63,617 nt of DNA from Gammaproteobacteria bacterium (GCA_045561295.1 JBJKYD010000013.1:1-63617); one strand, 5' to 3'; shown: positions 9,801-19,563, numbered from the stretch's first letter. Program-made: numbers and translations. The notes: generated by a model not told the origin, from the letters alone.

Positions 9801-10052
9801 ATGAAAAAAATAACAATTTACAGCACAAGAATTTGTCCTTACTGTGTGAGAGCAAAAAACTTCTTTAATAAAAAAAATCTCGAATATACAGAGATTATGA
9901 TTGATAGAGATCCAGAGCAAATGAGAGAAATGATGGAGAAATCTGGAAGACAGTCAGTCCCTCAAATATTTATAGGAGATTATCATGTGGGCGGCTTTGA
10001 TGATCTAATAGAACATGACATGGACGGAAAACTCGAAGGCTTGTTAGGTTAA
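9801..10052 (+). CDS. grxC: Glutaredoxin 3
   Basis: CPYC, SVPQIFI, HVGGFDDL; start moved from the ORF-track 9756 to ATG 9801. Confidence 0.9.
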   Translation: MKKITIYSTRICPYCVRAKNFFNKKNLEYTEIMIDRDPEQMREMMEKSGRQSVPQIFIGDYHVGGFDDLIEHDMDGKLEGLLG

Positions 10053-10489
10053 TGGACTCAAGAGAGAACAGGGCCATGGAACTTGAAAGCGGTATTGCTG
10101 CTTTTGAAACTAAAAACTTTGCACACGCAACCAAGCTATTATCTCCAATAGCCGAAGAGGGAAATGTCGATGCCTTATACCGTATGGCTATAATGCTACA
10201 AAATGGACTTGGCTGCTTAGCCAATGAAGATAAAGCATTTTTATATATGACAAAAGCAGCCGAAGATGGACTACCACTTGCAATGCATGCGCTTGGATTC
10301 ATGTATTTCGAGGGAGAGTGCACAGAAAAAGATTCGAATCTATGTATCAAATGGTTTGAACGTGCGGCAGCAGAAGGAATGATGGGGTCAGCAACCACAC
10401 TAGGAATGATTTATGAAGATGGAAAAATAGTAAAACAAGATCTAAAAAAAGCTGAAGAATGGTATAAAAAAGCAGGCATTACAAAATAA
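10052..10489 (+). CDS. Sel1-repeat protein
   Basis: Three Sel1 repeats (A..G...A...LG.MY..G; KAEEWYKKA). Confidence 0.85.
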   Translation: MDSRENRAMELESGIAAFETKNFAHATKLLSPIAEEGNVDALYRMAIMLQNGLGCLANEDKAFLYMTKAAEDGLPLAMHALGFMYFEGECTEKDSNLCIKWFERAAAEGMMGSATTLGMIYEDGKIVKQDLKKAEEWYKKAGITK

Positions 10490-10494
10490 GCCTC

Positions 10495-11898
10495 ATGAAA
10501 TATTTCCCCTTTTTCTTACAATTGAATAAGCTACCATGTTTAATAATTGGAGGCGGATCAGTTGCAGAGAGGAAATTAGATCTTCTAGTAAAAGCTAATG
10601 CAGACATAACCATTGTATCCATTGAATTTACAGATTACATACTTGAACTGTCAAAGACGAATAATATTAAGTGTATTACCAAAGAATACTCACAAAAATT
10701 ATTAGAAGAAAAAAGATATAAATTTGTAATTGCTGCAACTAATAATGTAACTTTAAATGAACAAGTAGCAAAAGATTGCGACAATCATAATATTCTCATA
10801 AACGTTGTCGATCAACCTAATATATGTGATTTTATATTCCCATCAATTTTAGAAAGAGGAGATATAACTGTTGCTGTCTCAACAGGAGGAGCATCTCCTG
10901 TACTAGCTAGAATGCTAAGAACAAAATTAGAAACCATGGTTCCATCAAACTATGGAAAACTAGCAGCAATAGTATCCGCCAATAGGATTAAAGTTAGAGA
11001 TAAAATGAAAAAATTTTCTTCGAATAAAATATTCTGGGAACAAATGCTTAATGGTAAATTCTTTGAATTAGTTTTATCAGGAAGAAATGAGGAAGCTGAA
11101 CTATTTCTTGATGAGCAAATTGAAAATTTTAATGAGGATACTGCAAATCAAGGTGAGGTCTATTTGGTCGGCGCAGGTCCAGGCGATCCAGATTTACTAA
11201 CATTTAAAGCTCTACGATTAATGCAACAAGCAGATATTGCTTTATACGATAGGTTAGTACATCCATCGATAGTAGATCTAATTAGGCGTGATGCCACAAA
11301 AATATATGTTGGTAAAGAACGAGATAATCATGTGGTTCGTCAAGAAGAAATTAACCATTTACTCGTGAAGTACGCTAAAGAAGGCAAAAAAGTTCTTCGA
11401 CTTAAAGGCGGGGACCCTTTTATCTTTGGACGGGGAGGCGAGGAGATTGAAACTCTAGCAGAAGAGAAAATATCATTTCAAGTTGTACCAGGTATTACAA
11501 GTGCAAGTGGATGTTCGGCATACAGTGGAATACCTTTAACTCATAGAGATTATGCTCAGAGTTGTATTTTTGTAACAGGCCATCTTAAAGAAGGTAAGCT
11601 AGAGTTAGATTGGGAAAAACTAGTACAACCTAATCAAACAATTGTTTTTTATATGGGTCTTGTTTCGATTAAGATAATTTGTAATGAATTAATTAATAAT
11701 GGAATGGATAAAAAAACTCCATGTGCATTAGTTCAACAAGGCACAACCAACACTCAGAGAGAATACATATCAGTATTAAAGGATATGCCTGCATTAGTTG
11801 AAGCAAAGAAACCTAAAGCACCAACAATATTTATAATTGGTGGAGTGGTATCGTTAAGAGATAAGTTAAAGTGGTATACGACTAACGCTGAAGATTAA
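10495..11898 (+). CDS. cysG: Siroheme synthase
   Basis: N-terminal IIGGGSVAERK dehydrogenase/ferrochelatase domain plus VYLVGAGPGDPDLLT, RLKGGDPFIFGRGGEE, VPGITSA methyltransferase domain. Confidence 0.95.
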   Translation: MKYFPFFLQLNKLPCLIIGGGSVAERKLDLLVKANADITIVSIEFTDYILELSKTNNIKCITKEYSQKLLEEKRYKFVIAATNNVTLNEQVAKDCDNHNILINVVDQPNICDFIFPSILERGDITVAVSTGGASPVLARMLRTKLETMVPSNYGKLAAIVSANRIKVRDKMKKFSSNKIFWEQMLNGKFFELVLSGRNEEAELFLDEQIENFNEDTANQGEVYLVGAGPGDPDLLTFKALRLMQQADIALYDRLVHPSIVDLIRRDATKIYVGKERDNHVVRQEEINHLLVKYAKEGKKVLRLKGGDPFIFGRGGEEIETLAEEKISFQVVPGITSASGCSAYSGIPLTHRDYAQSCIFVTGHLKEGKLELDWEKLVQPNQTIVFYMGLVSIKIICNELINNGMDKKTPCALVQQGTTNTQREYISVLKDMPALVEAKKPKAPTIFIIGGVVSLRDKLKWYTTNAED

Positions 11899-12442
11899 AG
11901 TTTATCGGTATTCTTAAATCAATACTCTTCTTGCCTATTGAATCTGGTATTGGAGGAAATGGAGAGGATTTAAGGACAATTTTCTGAGCTTCCCTATCAA
12001 GTAGTCTATAGCCAGATGAAACCACCGACAAATTAGTTACCGCACCGTTTTGCAATATTGTAAATTCTACAACTGGTGTCCCTTCTTGGCGTCTTTGCAA
12101 AGATAGAAGCGGATACTTCTTGTTTGAATCAAGAATATTTCTGATAACTCCATAGTAAGATTGATATATTTTTTCAGCTTTATCACCTTGTATCCTATTA
12201 TCAAATATAGCTTGCTGTTCTTGCTCAATTTCTTTTAAAATTTCTTTTTCTTCACTTAAAACTGATTCTTCTTCTTGAATATCATCAGTTTTATCTTGTA
12301 TCAATACCATTTGAATTTGCATACCTTGTTCACCAATCTGACTTATATCTTGTTTCATAAAAGTACTTTTAAAAGATATGAAAAATAGCATGTGTATGAC
12401 TAATGATATAAGTATGTATTTATTTAATTGATCAGTTTGCAT
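11882..12442 (-). CDS. tonB: TonB energy transducer
   Basis: N-terminal TM helix with S..IH motif; YP..S..R.QEG..VV.F.I, SSG...LD..A, PFPP.P, IPINF. Probable start ATG 12442, overlapping exbD. Confidence 0.85.
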   Translation of the reverse strand: MQTDQLNKYILISLVIHMLFFISFKSTFMKQDISQIGEQGMQIQMVLIQDKTDDIQEEESVLSEEKEILKEIEQEQQAIFDNRIQGDKAEKIYQSYYGVIRNILDSNKKYPLLSLQRRQEGTPVVEFTILQNGAVTNLSVVSSGYRLLDREAQKIVLKSSPFPPIPDSIGKKSIDLRIPINFNLQR

Positions 12443-12830
12443 TTCTATTCGATAAAAGTTTAATATTTTTAATATTATTTTCATGAAGTTTGGTCAAAAG
12501 TATATTTACATCATTTATATACAATGATTTATCTGCAACGATCACAACTTCATTTACTTTATTTGATTTTAAGTAAGTACTTATTTTATTGATATCAGCA
12601 ATCTCATCGTTGATAAAAAAAATATTACTCTTATTTATAAATATCTTTGTTATTTCTTTATTTTCAAATCTATTAAGTTCAGCAGCAGGCAGTTCTATGT
12701 CATCTTTAACAATTTTTTTTTCAATAACACCAGCAATCATAAAAAAAATCAGGAGTAGAAATATTATATTTACCAAAGGTAATAAACCATCATCATCATA
12801 TTCTCTCTTTTTTCTAGTTATTAATTTCAT
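12432..12830 (-). CDS. exbD: Biopolymer transport protein ExbD/TolR
   Basis: LLPLVNIIFLLLIFFM TM segment (Asn at the usual Asp position), I.ADK motif. Confidence 0.8.
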   Translation of the reverse strand: MKLITRKKREYDDDGLLPLVNIIFLLLIFFMIAGVIEKKIVKDDIELPAAELNRFENKEITKIFINKSNIFFINDEIADINKISTYLKSNKVNEVVIVADKSLYINDVNILLTKLHENNIKNIKLLSNRNAN

Positions 12831-13200
12831 TTTTCTTTAAACCTATACTTACGTTGTTCAATTCATTTGTTTTAAGATAACTTATAAGATTTAAAAATCT
12901 TTGATAAGTCACATCATCTTTTGATGTAAGTATGATTGAATATTTATCTGCATCTTTTATTGCAATGTGTAGCATACTTAATAGCTCGTTATCATCGTAT
13001 ACCTTTCCCTCGCTAAGAACTGTCTGGTCTTGTCTTACTAATAATTTAACAACTTTTATATCTTCTTTATTTGATGTTATAGATTCCTTGGTCATATCCA
13101 TATTCACTTCACCAACTTTATTAAAATTCGAGGCAAGCATGAAAAATATTAGTAATATAAATACAACATCGATAACGGGTGTGAGACTAATTTTGGTCAT
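12814..13200 (-). CDS. exbD: Biopolymer transport protein ExbD/TolR
   Basis: ISLTPVIDVVFILLIFFML canonical TM motif. Confidence 0.85.
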   Translation of the reverse strand: MTKISLTPVIDVVFILLIFFMLASNFNKVGEVNMDMTKESITSNKEDIKVVKLLVRQDQTVLSEGKVYDDNELLSMLHIAIKDADKYSIILTSKDDVTYQRFLNLISYLKTNELNNVSIGLKKNEINN

Positions 13201-13256
13201 TTGGTTACTCTAAATTAAAATTCTTTGGTTTTAAACATATATTAGAGAATAATTAT

Positions 13257-13304
13257 ATGAGAATCATTATCATTAACGATTGCAAATGAGAATCATTATC
13301 ATTA
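13257..13304. promoter_or_regulatory. Two identical Fur-box-like 19-mers in the divergent exbD/receptor promoter region
   Basis: ATGAGAATCATTATCATTA at 13257-13275 and 13286-13304; reverse strand TAATGATAATGATTCTCAT closely matches the Fur consensus GATAATGATAATCATTATC. Confidence 0.85.
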
Positions 13305-13339
13305 TACTTCACCTAATTATTTAAACTAATGGGAAAAAT

Positions 13340-15529
13340 ATGAAAAAAACAGCCATTCTTATTGCTTTTTTAAGCAGTAATACATTTGCAGACGACCTAG
13401 CACCATTGAGTATTTTTGGTGGACAAGCGGAATCTGAAATTGCAGGTTCAGCCACCTATATAGGTGATGATGAACTGAAAAAGTCCGGCTATACAGATAC
13501 TGAAAGAATAATGGGTCGTGTGCCTGGTGTCTTCTCTCAAACTGAAGATGGTCTTGGACTTAGAACAAACATTGGTATGAGAGGTGCTAATCCAAATCGT
13601 ACTACAAAAATAAATGTCACTGAAGATGGAATATTGCAGGGACCTGCAGTTTATTCTAACTCTTCAATGTATTTCTATCCAGATGCTGGTGATGCCGAAG
13701 GCATTGAAGTTTTGAAAGGCGCTACTGCCATAGGTAACGGACCAAGAACTACATCTGGTGCTATTAACTATATATCTAGATCTGTTCCTACAGAGGGAAC
13801 TAAAGGATATTTCAACCAAACTTTTGGTGATGAAGGTTATTTGAGAAACCATGCTTATTATGGACAAGCTATGGGCAACTTATCTTACGTTATTGAAAGT
13901 CATAAAACTGCTTATGATGGTCATAAAGAAATAGATGCAGGTGCTGGTAATGATACTAATTCTGGGTTTAGAAAAAATTCAGACTTATTCAAAATCAGAT
14001 ACACTATGCCAAGTTCTTATATGGAGCTTTCAAGTCAGAATACTTCTGAAACATCACATGCTTCATACATTGGTTTGACAAGAGCTGATTTTGCTGCAAA
14101 TGAAAACAGAAGGTATTCAATTTCATCTAAAGATAAAATGGATAACGATTATCACAGATATATCTTTACATATGGAATGGATTTAAGTCCTACATCAAGC
14201 CTGACAGCTAAAATCTATAAAGCTAAATATAGTCGAAATTGGAAGAAAGTTGGTGAGATGACAGTTGATGATGATGGAAGTGCAGGAGGCAGTACATCTA
14301 CTGTGAAAATGTCAGCTATTGACTGGACAACTAACTGTGCTGCGGATTCAACAACTGAACTCAGAGCTTGTAACATTGTTACTAATGCAACAGCAATGAT
14401 AAGCGGCGAATCTATCAAACGTTCACTTGGTCATAGAGACTATGGTATGTATGGATATGACATGCGTTATAACACAATTATGGGCGCACATGACATTACA
14501 ATCGGATTTAGAAGTCACAGAGATTATCGTGATAGAAAAGATTCAGGTATATCAGAAACATATACATTAGGTTCAAACAATACTATGGTTATGACAGCAT
14601 CTGACTACTCAGGAACATCAGGAAATGACGACTTTGCAAGTGCTGAATCATTTAGCATCATTGATCGTATCTCTCACGGTAACTTTGTTACAACTCTAGG
14701 TCTTCGTTATGAAGATGTAGAATACTGGGAATCTACAGATGGGACAGCAGGAACACCACGTGAAAACAGTGAAACTATGGTAGCTGCTAGCACTGTTTAT
14801 AACATGGGTAATGGTAAATCTGTTTTTGCAGGATACAGCCAAGGTTACATGCCTACAGGCGTAAGTTCTGCTCTTCCAGAAGAATCTGATAACTATGAAG
14901 TTGGATATCGTTCTATTAGCGCTAATAGTCATATGGAGATTATTGGTTTCTATACTGATTACGAAAATCTAAACGAAACATGTAACGCATCAGCAGGTTG
15001 TACTGTAGGTTCAAATGACCAAAAAAGTACTGGTGAAGCTCATGCACAAGGTATTGAATTCTTATACAGACTAAATAACTTGTTTGCGGCTCCTCAAATG
15101 AAAGGTGCAGACAATACAGGATCTGGTGTAAGATATCCGATGATTCTTGCTGTAACATTGCAAGAAGCTGAGCACGATGTCACAACAGATTCAGATTTCC
15201 AATCAGGTGCGAGAATTAAGTACACACCTGAAACAATCTATTATCTATCCCTTGGTATAGAAACAAATACAATGGATATGAATATATCAGCAAAATACAA
15301 CGATGACGTTAAGAATACAGGCGCAAGCACTGCAGTTTCAACTGAAAGCGCTTGGATCTTTGACCTCAGAAGTGGTATGAGCTTAGATGGAATGGGTATG
15401 CAAGGTGCACGCGCATTCTTAAACGTAGACAATTTATTTGATAAATCATATATCGCGTCTGCGCATAACTACGGAGTTAGACCTAACAAGCCACAAACAG
15501 TTATGGCTGGGATATCGTTTGACTTCTAA
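13340..15529 (+). CDS. TonB-dependent receptor, FecA-like iron uptake
   Basis: Signal peptide; plug motifs RVPGV...EDG.GLR.NIGMRG, IEVLKG, GAINY; NVDNLFDK.Y; terminal Phe; Fur boxes upstream. Confidence 0.85.
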   Translation: MKKTAILIAFLSSNTFADDLAPLSIFGGQAESEIAGSATYIGDDELKKSGYTDTERIMGRVPGVFSQTEDGLGLRTNIGMRGANPNRTTKINVTEDGILQGPAVYSNSSMYFYPDAGDAEGIEVLKGATAIGNGPRTTSGAINYISRSVPTEGTKGYFNQTFGDEGYLRNHAYYGQAMGNLSYVIESHKTAYDGHKEIDAGAGNDTNSGFRKNSDLFKIRYTMPSSYMELSSQNTSETSHASYIGLTRADFAANENRRYSISSKDKMDNDYHRYIFTYGMDLSPTSSLTAKIYKAKYSRNWKKVGEMTVDDDGSAGGSTSTVKMSAIDWTTNCAADSTTELRACNIVTNATAMISGESIKRSLGHRDYGMYGYDMRYNTIMGAHDITIGFRSHRDYRDRKDSGISETYTLGSNNTMVMTASDYSGTSGNDDFASAESFSIIDRISHGNFVTTLGLRYEDVEYWESTDGTAGTPRENSETMVAASTVYNMGNGKSVFAGYSQGYMPTGVSSALPEESDNYEVGYRSISANSHMEIIGFYTDYENLNETCNASAGCTVGSNDQKSTGEAHAQGIEFLYRLNNLFAAPQMKGADNTGSGVRYPMILAVTLQEAEHDVTTDSDFQSGARIKYTPETIYYLSLGIETNTMDMNISAKYNDDVKNTGASTAVSTESAWIFDLRSGMSLDGMGMQGARAFLNVDNLFDKSYIASAHNYGVRPNKPQTVMAGISFDF

Positions 15530-15542
15530 TAAAAATAAATTT

Positions 15543-15650
15543 TATATCGTTCTCCGATGATATGAATGAGTCTGGCCGGATACCCTACGGCCAGACTTTA
15601 GATTGAAGATACTCGGTTTCCTTATTTCCCTACTTCGAGTATCTTCTTTC
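15543..15650 (+). ncRNA. Structured 3'-UTR (three hairpins); terminator(s) and candidate sRNA
   Basis: ATCG/CGAT (15546-15558); AGTCTGGCCG/CGGCCAGACT (15569-15597); GAAGATACTCG/CGAGTATCTTC (15605-15646) followed by TTT; C/U-rich loops. Confidence 0.45.
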
Positions 15651-15653
15651 CAA

Positions 15654-16088
15654 ATGATCAATTATTTGTTAACTTATTATGGGGGTATAAAAATCAGTTA
15701 TTTATTAAAAATATTTTTAATTATATTTGTAGCAATACAGCCATTGCATAGCTACACAACTATCAATATATCTAATCCTGATGACAATAATGGGTTTGAA
15801 CATTTACATGCTGAATTATGTGGTACTAAATATTCTGATTCAATCTCACATACTCAAAAGATTTCAGATCTACTGGATAAAATCAATACAGCTATCATAA
15901 GTGAAATGGCTGTTGACTGTGTTTGCTGTGAATCTTTAGACATCACATCTCTTGATTTATTTAATTTAACATCCAATAATTTTTTATTATCTAAAGTATC
16001 TTTAACTATAGATAAGAATTTTTACGCTCCTAACGTAAAAACGTTAATACCATATACAAAACAAGTCAGAGCGCCTCCAATCGTTTAG
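15654..16088 (+). CDS. DUF2946-like (CruR/CutF-like) leader protein with Cys motifs and RAPP arrest motif
   Basis: Hydrophobic N-terminus, ELCG, DCVCC, C-terminal QVRAPP; directly upstream of a copper TonB receptor. Start uncertain (15603 overlaps the hairpin; ATG 15654 chosen). Confidence 0.65.
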   Translation: MINYLLTYYGGIKISYLLKIFLIIFVAIQPLHSYTTINISNPDDNNGFEHLHAELCGTKYSDSISHTQKISDLLDKINTAIISEMAVDCVCCESLDITSLDLFNLTSNNFLLSKVSLTIDKNFYAPNVKTLIPYTKQVRAPPIV

Positions 16089-16127
16089 TAATTTTTTAAT
16101 TACTTAACGATTAATCTGGAGGACAAT

Positions 16128-18122
16128 ATGAACAGATTATTATTTTTTGTCTTCAGCATTACGCTTATAACAAATGTATCAGCTGAAGATTTAACCGATA
16201 TACAGATAAGTAGCCCAGTCATGGATAAAGCTACTATAAGTAATGAAGCTATTGAAGAAGTCGATACTAGAAATGCTGTTGACGGTGGTGACTTGCTTAA
16301 AAATATTAATGGTGTAAATGCTATTAGACGTGGAGGACATGGCCTTGACCCTGTCATCCGAGGTCAGAGTGATCAAAGACTAAATACATTTTTAGATGGC
16401 GCTATGGTATATGGGGCTTGCTCTTCAAAAATGGATCCTGCAAGTACATATGCAAATGTAAATAACTATGATTCTGTTACTGTAATCAAAGGAACACAAT
16501 CTGTACTATTTGGTGCAGGCGGTCCAGGTGGCGCAGTGAGCTTTAAACGTGTAACAAATCCTGTTACAAAATCTGAATTCAGGTTGGGTCAAAATTTTGA
16601 TTCTAATGCAGGTGCTTATACAACAAGTGGTAATATGATATTTCCATTATCATCAAAAGCATATTTGAGACTCAATGGTTCTGCTACGAACGCAGGTAAC
16701 TATGAAACTGGATCTGGAATTAAACCTTTGACAGAATACTCAACTACTGATTACACAGCTATTTTAGGAACTCTTTTGTCTGATGGATCAAAATTAGAAT
16801 TTAATTATACAAATAACAGGCAAGATAAAGTAGGCTACCCAGGGCTTAATATGGATATTGTTTATAGCTACACAGACATGTATACCCTCAAATATCATAG
16901 AGTGACTCCTTTTGGTATTTTCTCAACAATGAATGTTGAACTATTCAATACTGATATAGACCATCTAATGGATAATGTTGTACTCAGAGGAAATACTGGG
17001 AACGGCGTTATGGCTAACCCAACTGCATCTGATACTTATGGTGGAAGAATGATTGGTACCATTGGATCAGACATTAGAGCAGGTATTGATTATGAACATA
17101 ATACTAAAGATGCTGAGCAAAACATGGTTATGAGTGGAATGAATGTGTTCATGACTTATTTATGGCCAGGTGTAGAAACTGAAAAGCTTGGTTTGTTCTT
17201 TGAAAAAGATCTGAACAATATCTCTTATGGTCTAAGATATGATCAAGTAGAACTTGATCCTACTAGAGCAGCTGATGATCCGGGTTCAGGAATGATGCAG
17301 AAAACTGCTAATGAAGTTTACACAGCAGACTACGATGGAACGATAGTTGCATCAAAAAGAGATTTCGATAATATAAGTGGCTTTTTAAGAATTAATAAAG
17401 ATTATAATCATGGGGAGTCTTATATTAATTTCAGTATTAACGAAAGAGCTCCAGATACAAACGAGCTGTTCCATGCTAAAAATAACAGCACAGCTATGAT
17501 GAGACATGTGGGTAATCCTAACTTATCAAGTGAGAGACACATGACATTGGAAGTTGGATATGAGGGCATGCTTATGGGTAATCATATTACAGGTTCTCTT
17601 TATTATAATGATGTCGATGATTACATAACTACTCACAGAAAAGATGATTCTGCAATGAAAGCTAGATTGTATAAAAATGTTGATGCTACTTTATATGGAT
17701 ATGAGTTAACTGCTCACAGAATTATCGCAGGTATTGATACTACTTTGAATCTAAACTACACGCGTGGTGAAGATGATACACAAAATAGACCATTACCTCA
17801 GATTATGCCTTTAGCAGGGGACATAACATTTGAACTTAAATCAGCAAAAACTAATTATGGATTAAGAATTAATTTTGCAGATACTCAAGATCGTTTTGAT
17901 ACAAAAGTTTTAGATGTTGGTGAGACAGCGGGATACACAGTCTATGATATATTTGCAGGATTTGAACCTACACCTAATCTGCGTTTTACAGTTGGTATGG
18001 CTAATATTACTGATAAAAGATACGCAACTCATTTGAATGCTACTAATAGACTTGACGGAGCAGCAGACAGAACTGATGAGCCAGGCAGATCACTATTTGG
18101 ATCTATAAACTACGAGTTTTAA
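16128..18122 (+). CDS. TonB-dependent copper receptor (OprC/NosA-like)
   Basis: R.GGHG.DPVIRG, GACSSKMDP (CxxxM copper motif of OprC), IDHLMDN, Met-rich loops, YATHL, EPGRS, terminal Phe; SD GGAGG. Confidence 0.85.
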   Translation: MNRLLFFVFSITLITNVSAEDLTDIQISSPVMDKATISNEAIEEVDTRNAVDGGDLLKNINGVNAIRRGGHGLDPVIRGQSDQRLNTFLDGAMVYGACSSKMDPASTYANVNNYDSVTVIKGTQSVLFGAGGPGGAVSFKRVTNPVTKSEFRLGQNFDSNAGAYTTSGNMIFPLSSKAYLRLNGSATNAGNYETGSGIKPLTEYSTTDYTAILGTLLSDGSKLEFNYTNNRQDKVGYPGLNMDIVYSYTDMYTLKYHRVTPFGIFSTMNVELFNTDIDHLMDNVVLRGNTGNGVMANPTASDTYGGRMIGTIGSDIRAGIDYEHNTKDAEQNMVMSGMNVFMTYLWPGVETEKLGLFFEKDLNNISYGLRYDQVELDPTRAADDPGSGMMQKTANEVYTADYDGTIVASKRDFDNISGFLRINKDYNHGESYINFSINERAPDTNELFHAKNNSTAMMRHVGNPNLSSERHMTLEVGYEGMLMGNHITGSLYYNDVDDYITTHRKDDSAMKARLYKNVDATLYGYELTAHRIIAGIDTTLNLNYTRGEDDTQNRPLPQIMPLAGDITFELKSAKTNYGLRINFADTQDRFDTKVLDVGETAGYTVYDIFAGFEPTPNLRFTVGMANITDKRYATHLNATNRLDGAADRTDEPGRSLFGSINYEF

Positions 18123-18134
18123 ATCTGAAAAATT

Positions 18135-18166
18135 TAGTCTAACAGGGAGAAATCTCTGTTAGACTA
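18135..18166 (+). terminator. Stable stem-loop after the copper receptor gene
   Basis: TAGTCTAACAGGGA-GAAA-TCTCTGTTAGACTA (14 bp with one G-U pair, GNRA loop); weak T tail, so possibly an mRNA-stabilising hairpin rather than a full terminator. Confidence 0.6.
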
Positions 18167-18191
18167 TTGCTTTAAAAACTAAAATAACAAT

Positions 18192-18818
18192 ATGGAATTT
18201 GCATCACTACTAGTTAAAGGCGGCCCTGTCGTGTACATATTATTAGGACTATCTGTCTATGTATTGTCTATTGTGATTTACAAATTGCATATACTTTTCA
18301 AAGTCAATTTCTTTAATTCCGATGTCACTCATAATAGCGTTAAGATGTGGCTTAATAATAATAAAAAAGAAGCTTATACCGATATATCAAAAGATACACA
18401 TCCTCAAAAAGAAGTCGTCTCATTTACTATGTACCATTTACTTAAAAATGATATTAATCAAGATAAAGAGCGTTATCTTAGAGAAGAGGTATCGAGATTA
18501 AGCCAAGAAAGATTAGAATATTATGATTCAAATCTAGACACTTTAAAAGTGATTGCTATGGTTGCTCCATTACTAGGACTGTTAGGTACAGTATTTGGAA
18601 TGATAGATGCATTTCAGCAAATGGAAATGGCAGGCAATAATATCAACCCTTCTACTTTATCTGGGGGCATTTGGGAGGCATTGCTGACAACTGCTGTTGG
18701 TTTATCAGTTGCTATTCCTACTGTGTTGTTTGAAAGTTATTTTAGAGCTACTAACGAAAAGCTTAAAATTAATATAGAGCATTCTGTGACTAAACTACTA
18801 ACATCTCACATGAGTTAA
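18192..18818 (+). CDS. exbB: MotA/TolQ/ExbB proton channel protein
   Basis: GG.V...L, APLLGLLGTVFGMI.AF, LSGGIWEALLTTAVGL.VAIP. Confidence 0.9.
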   Translation: MEFASLLVKGGPVVYILLGLSVYVLSIVIYKLHILFKVNFFNSDVTHNSVKMWLNNNKKEAYTDISKDTHPQKEVVSFTMYHLLKNDINQDKERYLREEVSRLSQERLEYYDSNLDTLKVIAMVAPLLGLLGTVFGMIDAFQQMEMAGNNINPSTLSGGIWEALLTTAVGLSVAIPTVLFESYFRATNEKLKINIEHSVTKLLTSHMS

Positions 18819-19264
18819 TTACAACATCCTTTGTTAAATTTTTTCAGTCTCCAATAATTATAAGGCCAAGGTGTTAAAAAACCTGCAAGTAACATCAAAG
18901 GCATTACCATAAGATTAATTTTTGCACCACCTGTTACTAAATAATCTACTAAGTTCATTGCAATTTCCATACTGATCATTGAGATAAGACTCATTCCAAT
19001 CGCTGTCCTAAACGCAGCTTTTAAATCCATTTGTTTTAACAAAATTATAGTTTCTAAAATAATACTAGTTAATATTCCGTTAGTCATAGCCAGTAGCATA
19101 ATTGAAAGTGTGCTCCATGGAATTTGATTTACTTGAAAATAATATATCGTGCCCATGTCACCAATACTGCAACCTACCAAGCACCACATGGTATTATACG
19201 CAGACTGTTTCCATGTATGATTACATTCCCAATCAATTGTTCTATCAAATACTGCTAAAATCAT
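18815..19264 (-). CDS. DUF4396-like membrane protein
   Basis: T.WCL.GC.IGD, MSLISM.SME.AMN..D, AGF.TPWPYNYW; probable start ATG 19264 (ATGA overlap with upstream stop). Confidence 0.7.
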   Translation of the reverse strand: MILAVFDRTIDWECNHTWKQSAYNTMWCLVGCSIGDMGTIYYFQVNQIPWSTLSIMLLAMTNGILTSIILETIILLKQMDLKAAFRTAIGMSLISMISMEIAMNLVDYLVTGGAKINLMVMPLMLLAGFLTPWPYNYWRLKKFNKGCCN

Positions 19265-19563
19265 AGTTCTATACAAATGTTATTATCCTCAATGATTGTA
19301 GGATATGTTTTTATTGGCTCATCAGCAGGCTCATTAAGCGCCTCACCTGTTTCTAGATCAAAGTAACTTCCATGTAATGAGCACTTTATAGTTTTGTCTT
19401 TTAAGCATCCAAGAATTAATTCAGAGTTTTCATGGCTGCACATATTATCAACCACAAAGTACTCCTCATTCACTTTAGCAACAAGGTATGAATGTTTTTC
19501 ATGAATAATTTCTAACATATTATTTTCAGAAAAAGCATCAGTTGAGCATAATGTAACAATCAT
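19261..19563 (-). CDS. Rieske-type [2Fe-2S] ferredoxin
   Basis: CSH...CSLHGSYFDL.TGE (CxH/CxxH). Confidence 0.9.
   Translation of the reverse strand: MIVTLCSTDAFSENNMLEIIHEKHSYLVAKVNEEYFVVDNMCSHENSELILGCLKDKTIKCSLHGSYFDLETGEALNEPADEPIKTYPTIIEDNNICIEL

Noticed and set aside
9970-10398. 142-aa antisense ORF, and similar shadow ORFs (25394-25945, 26422-26841, 51675-52121 and others)
   Set aside because: They lie opposite or within well-supported genes and carry no motifs; shadow frames.
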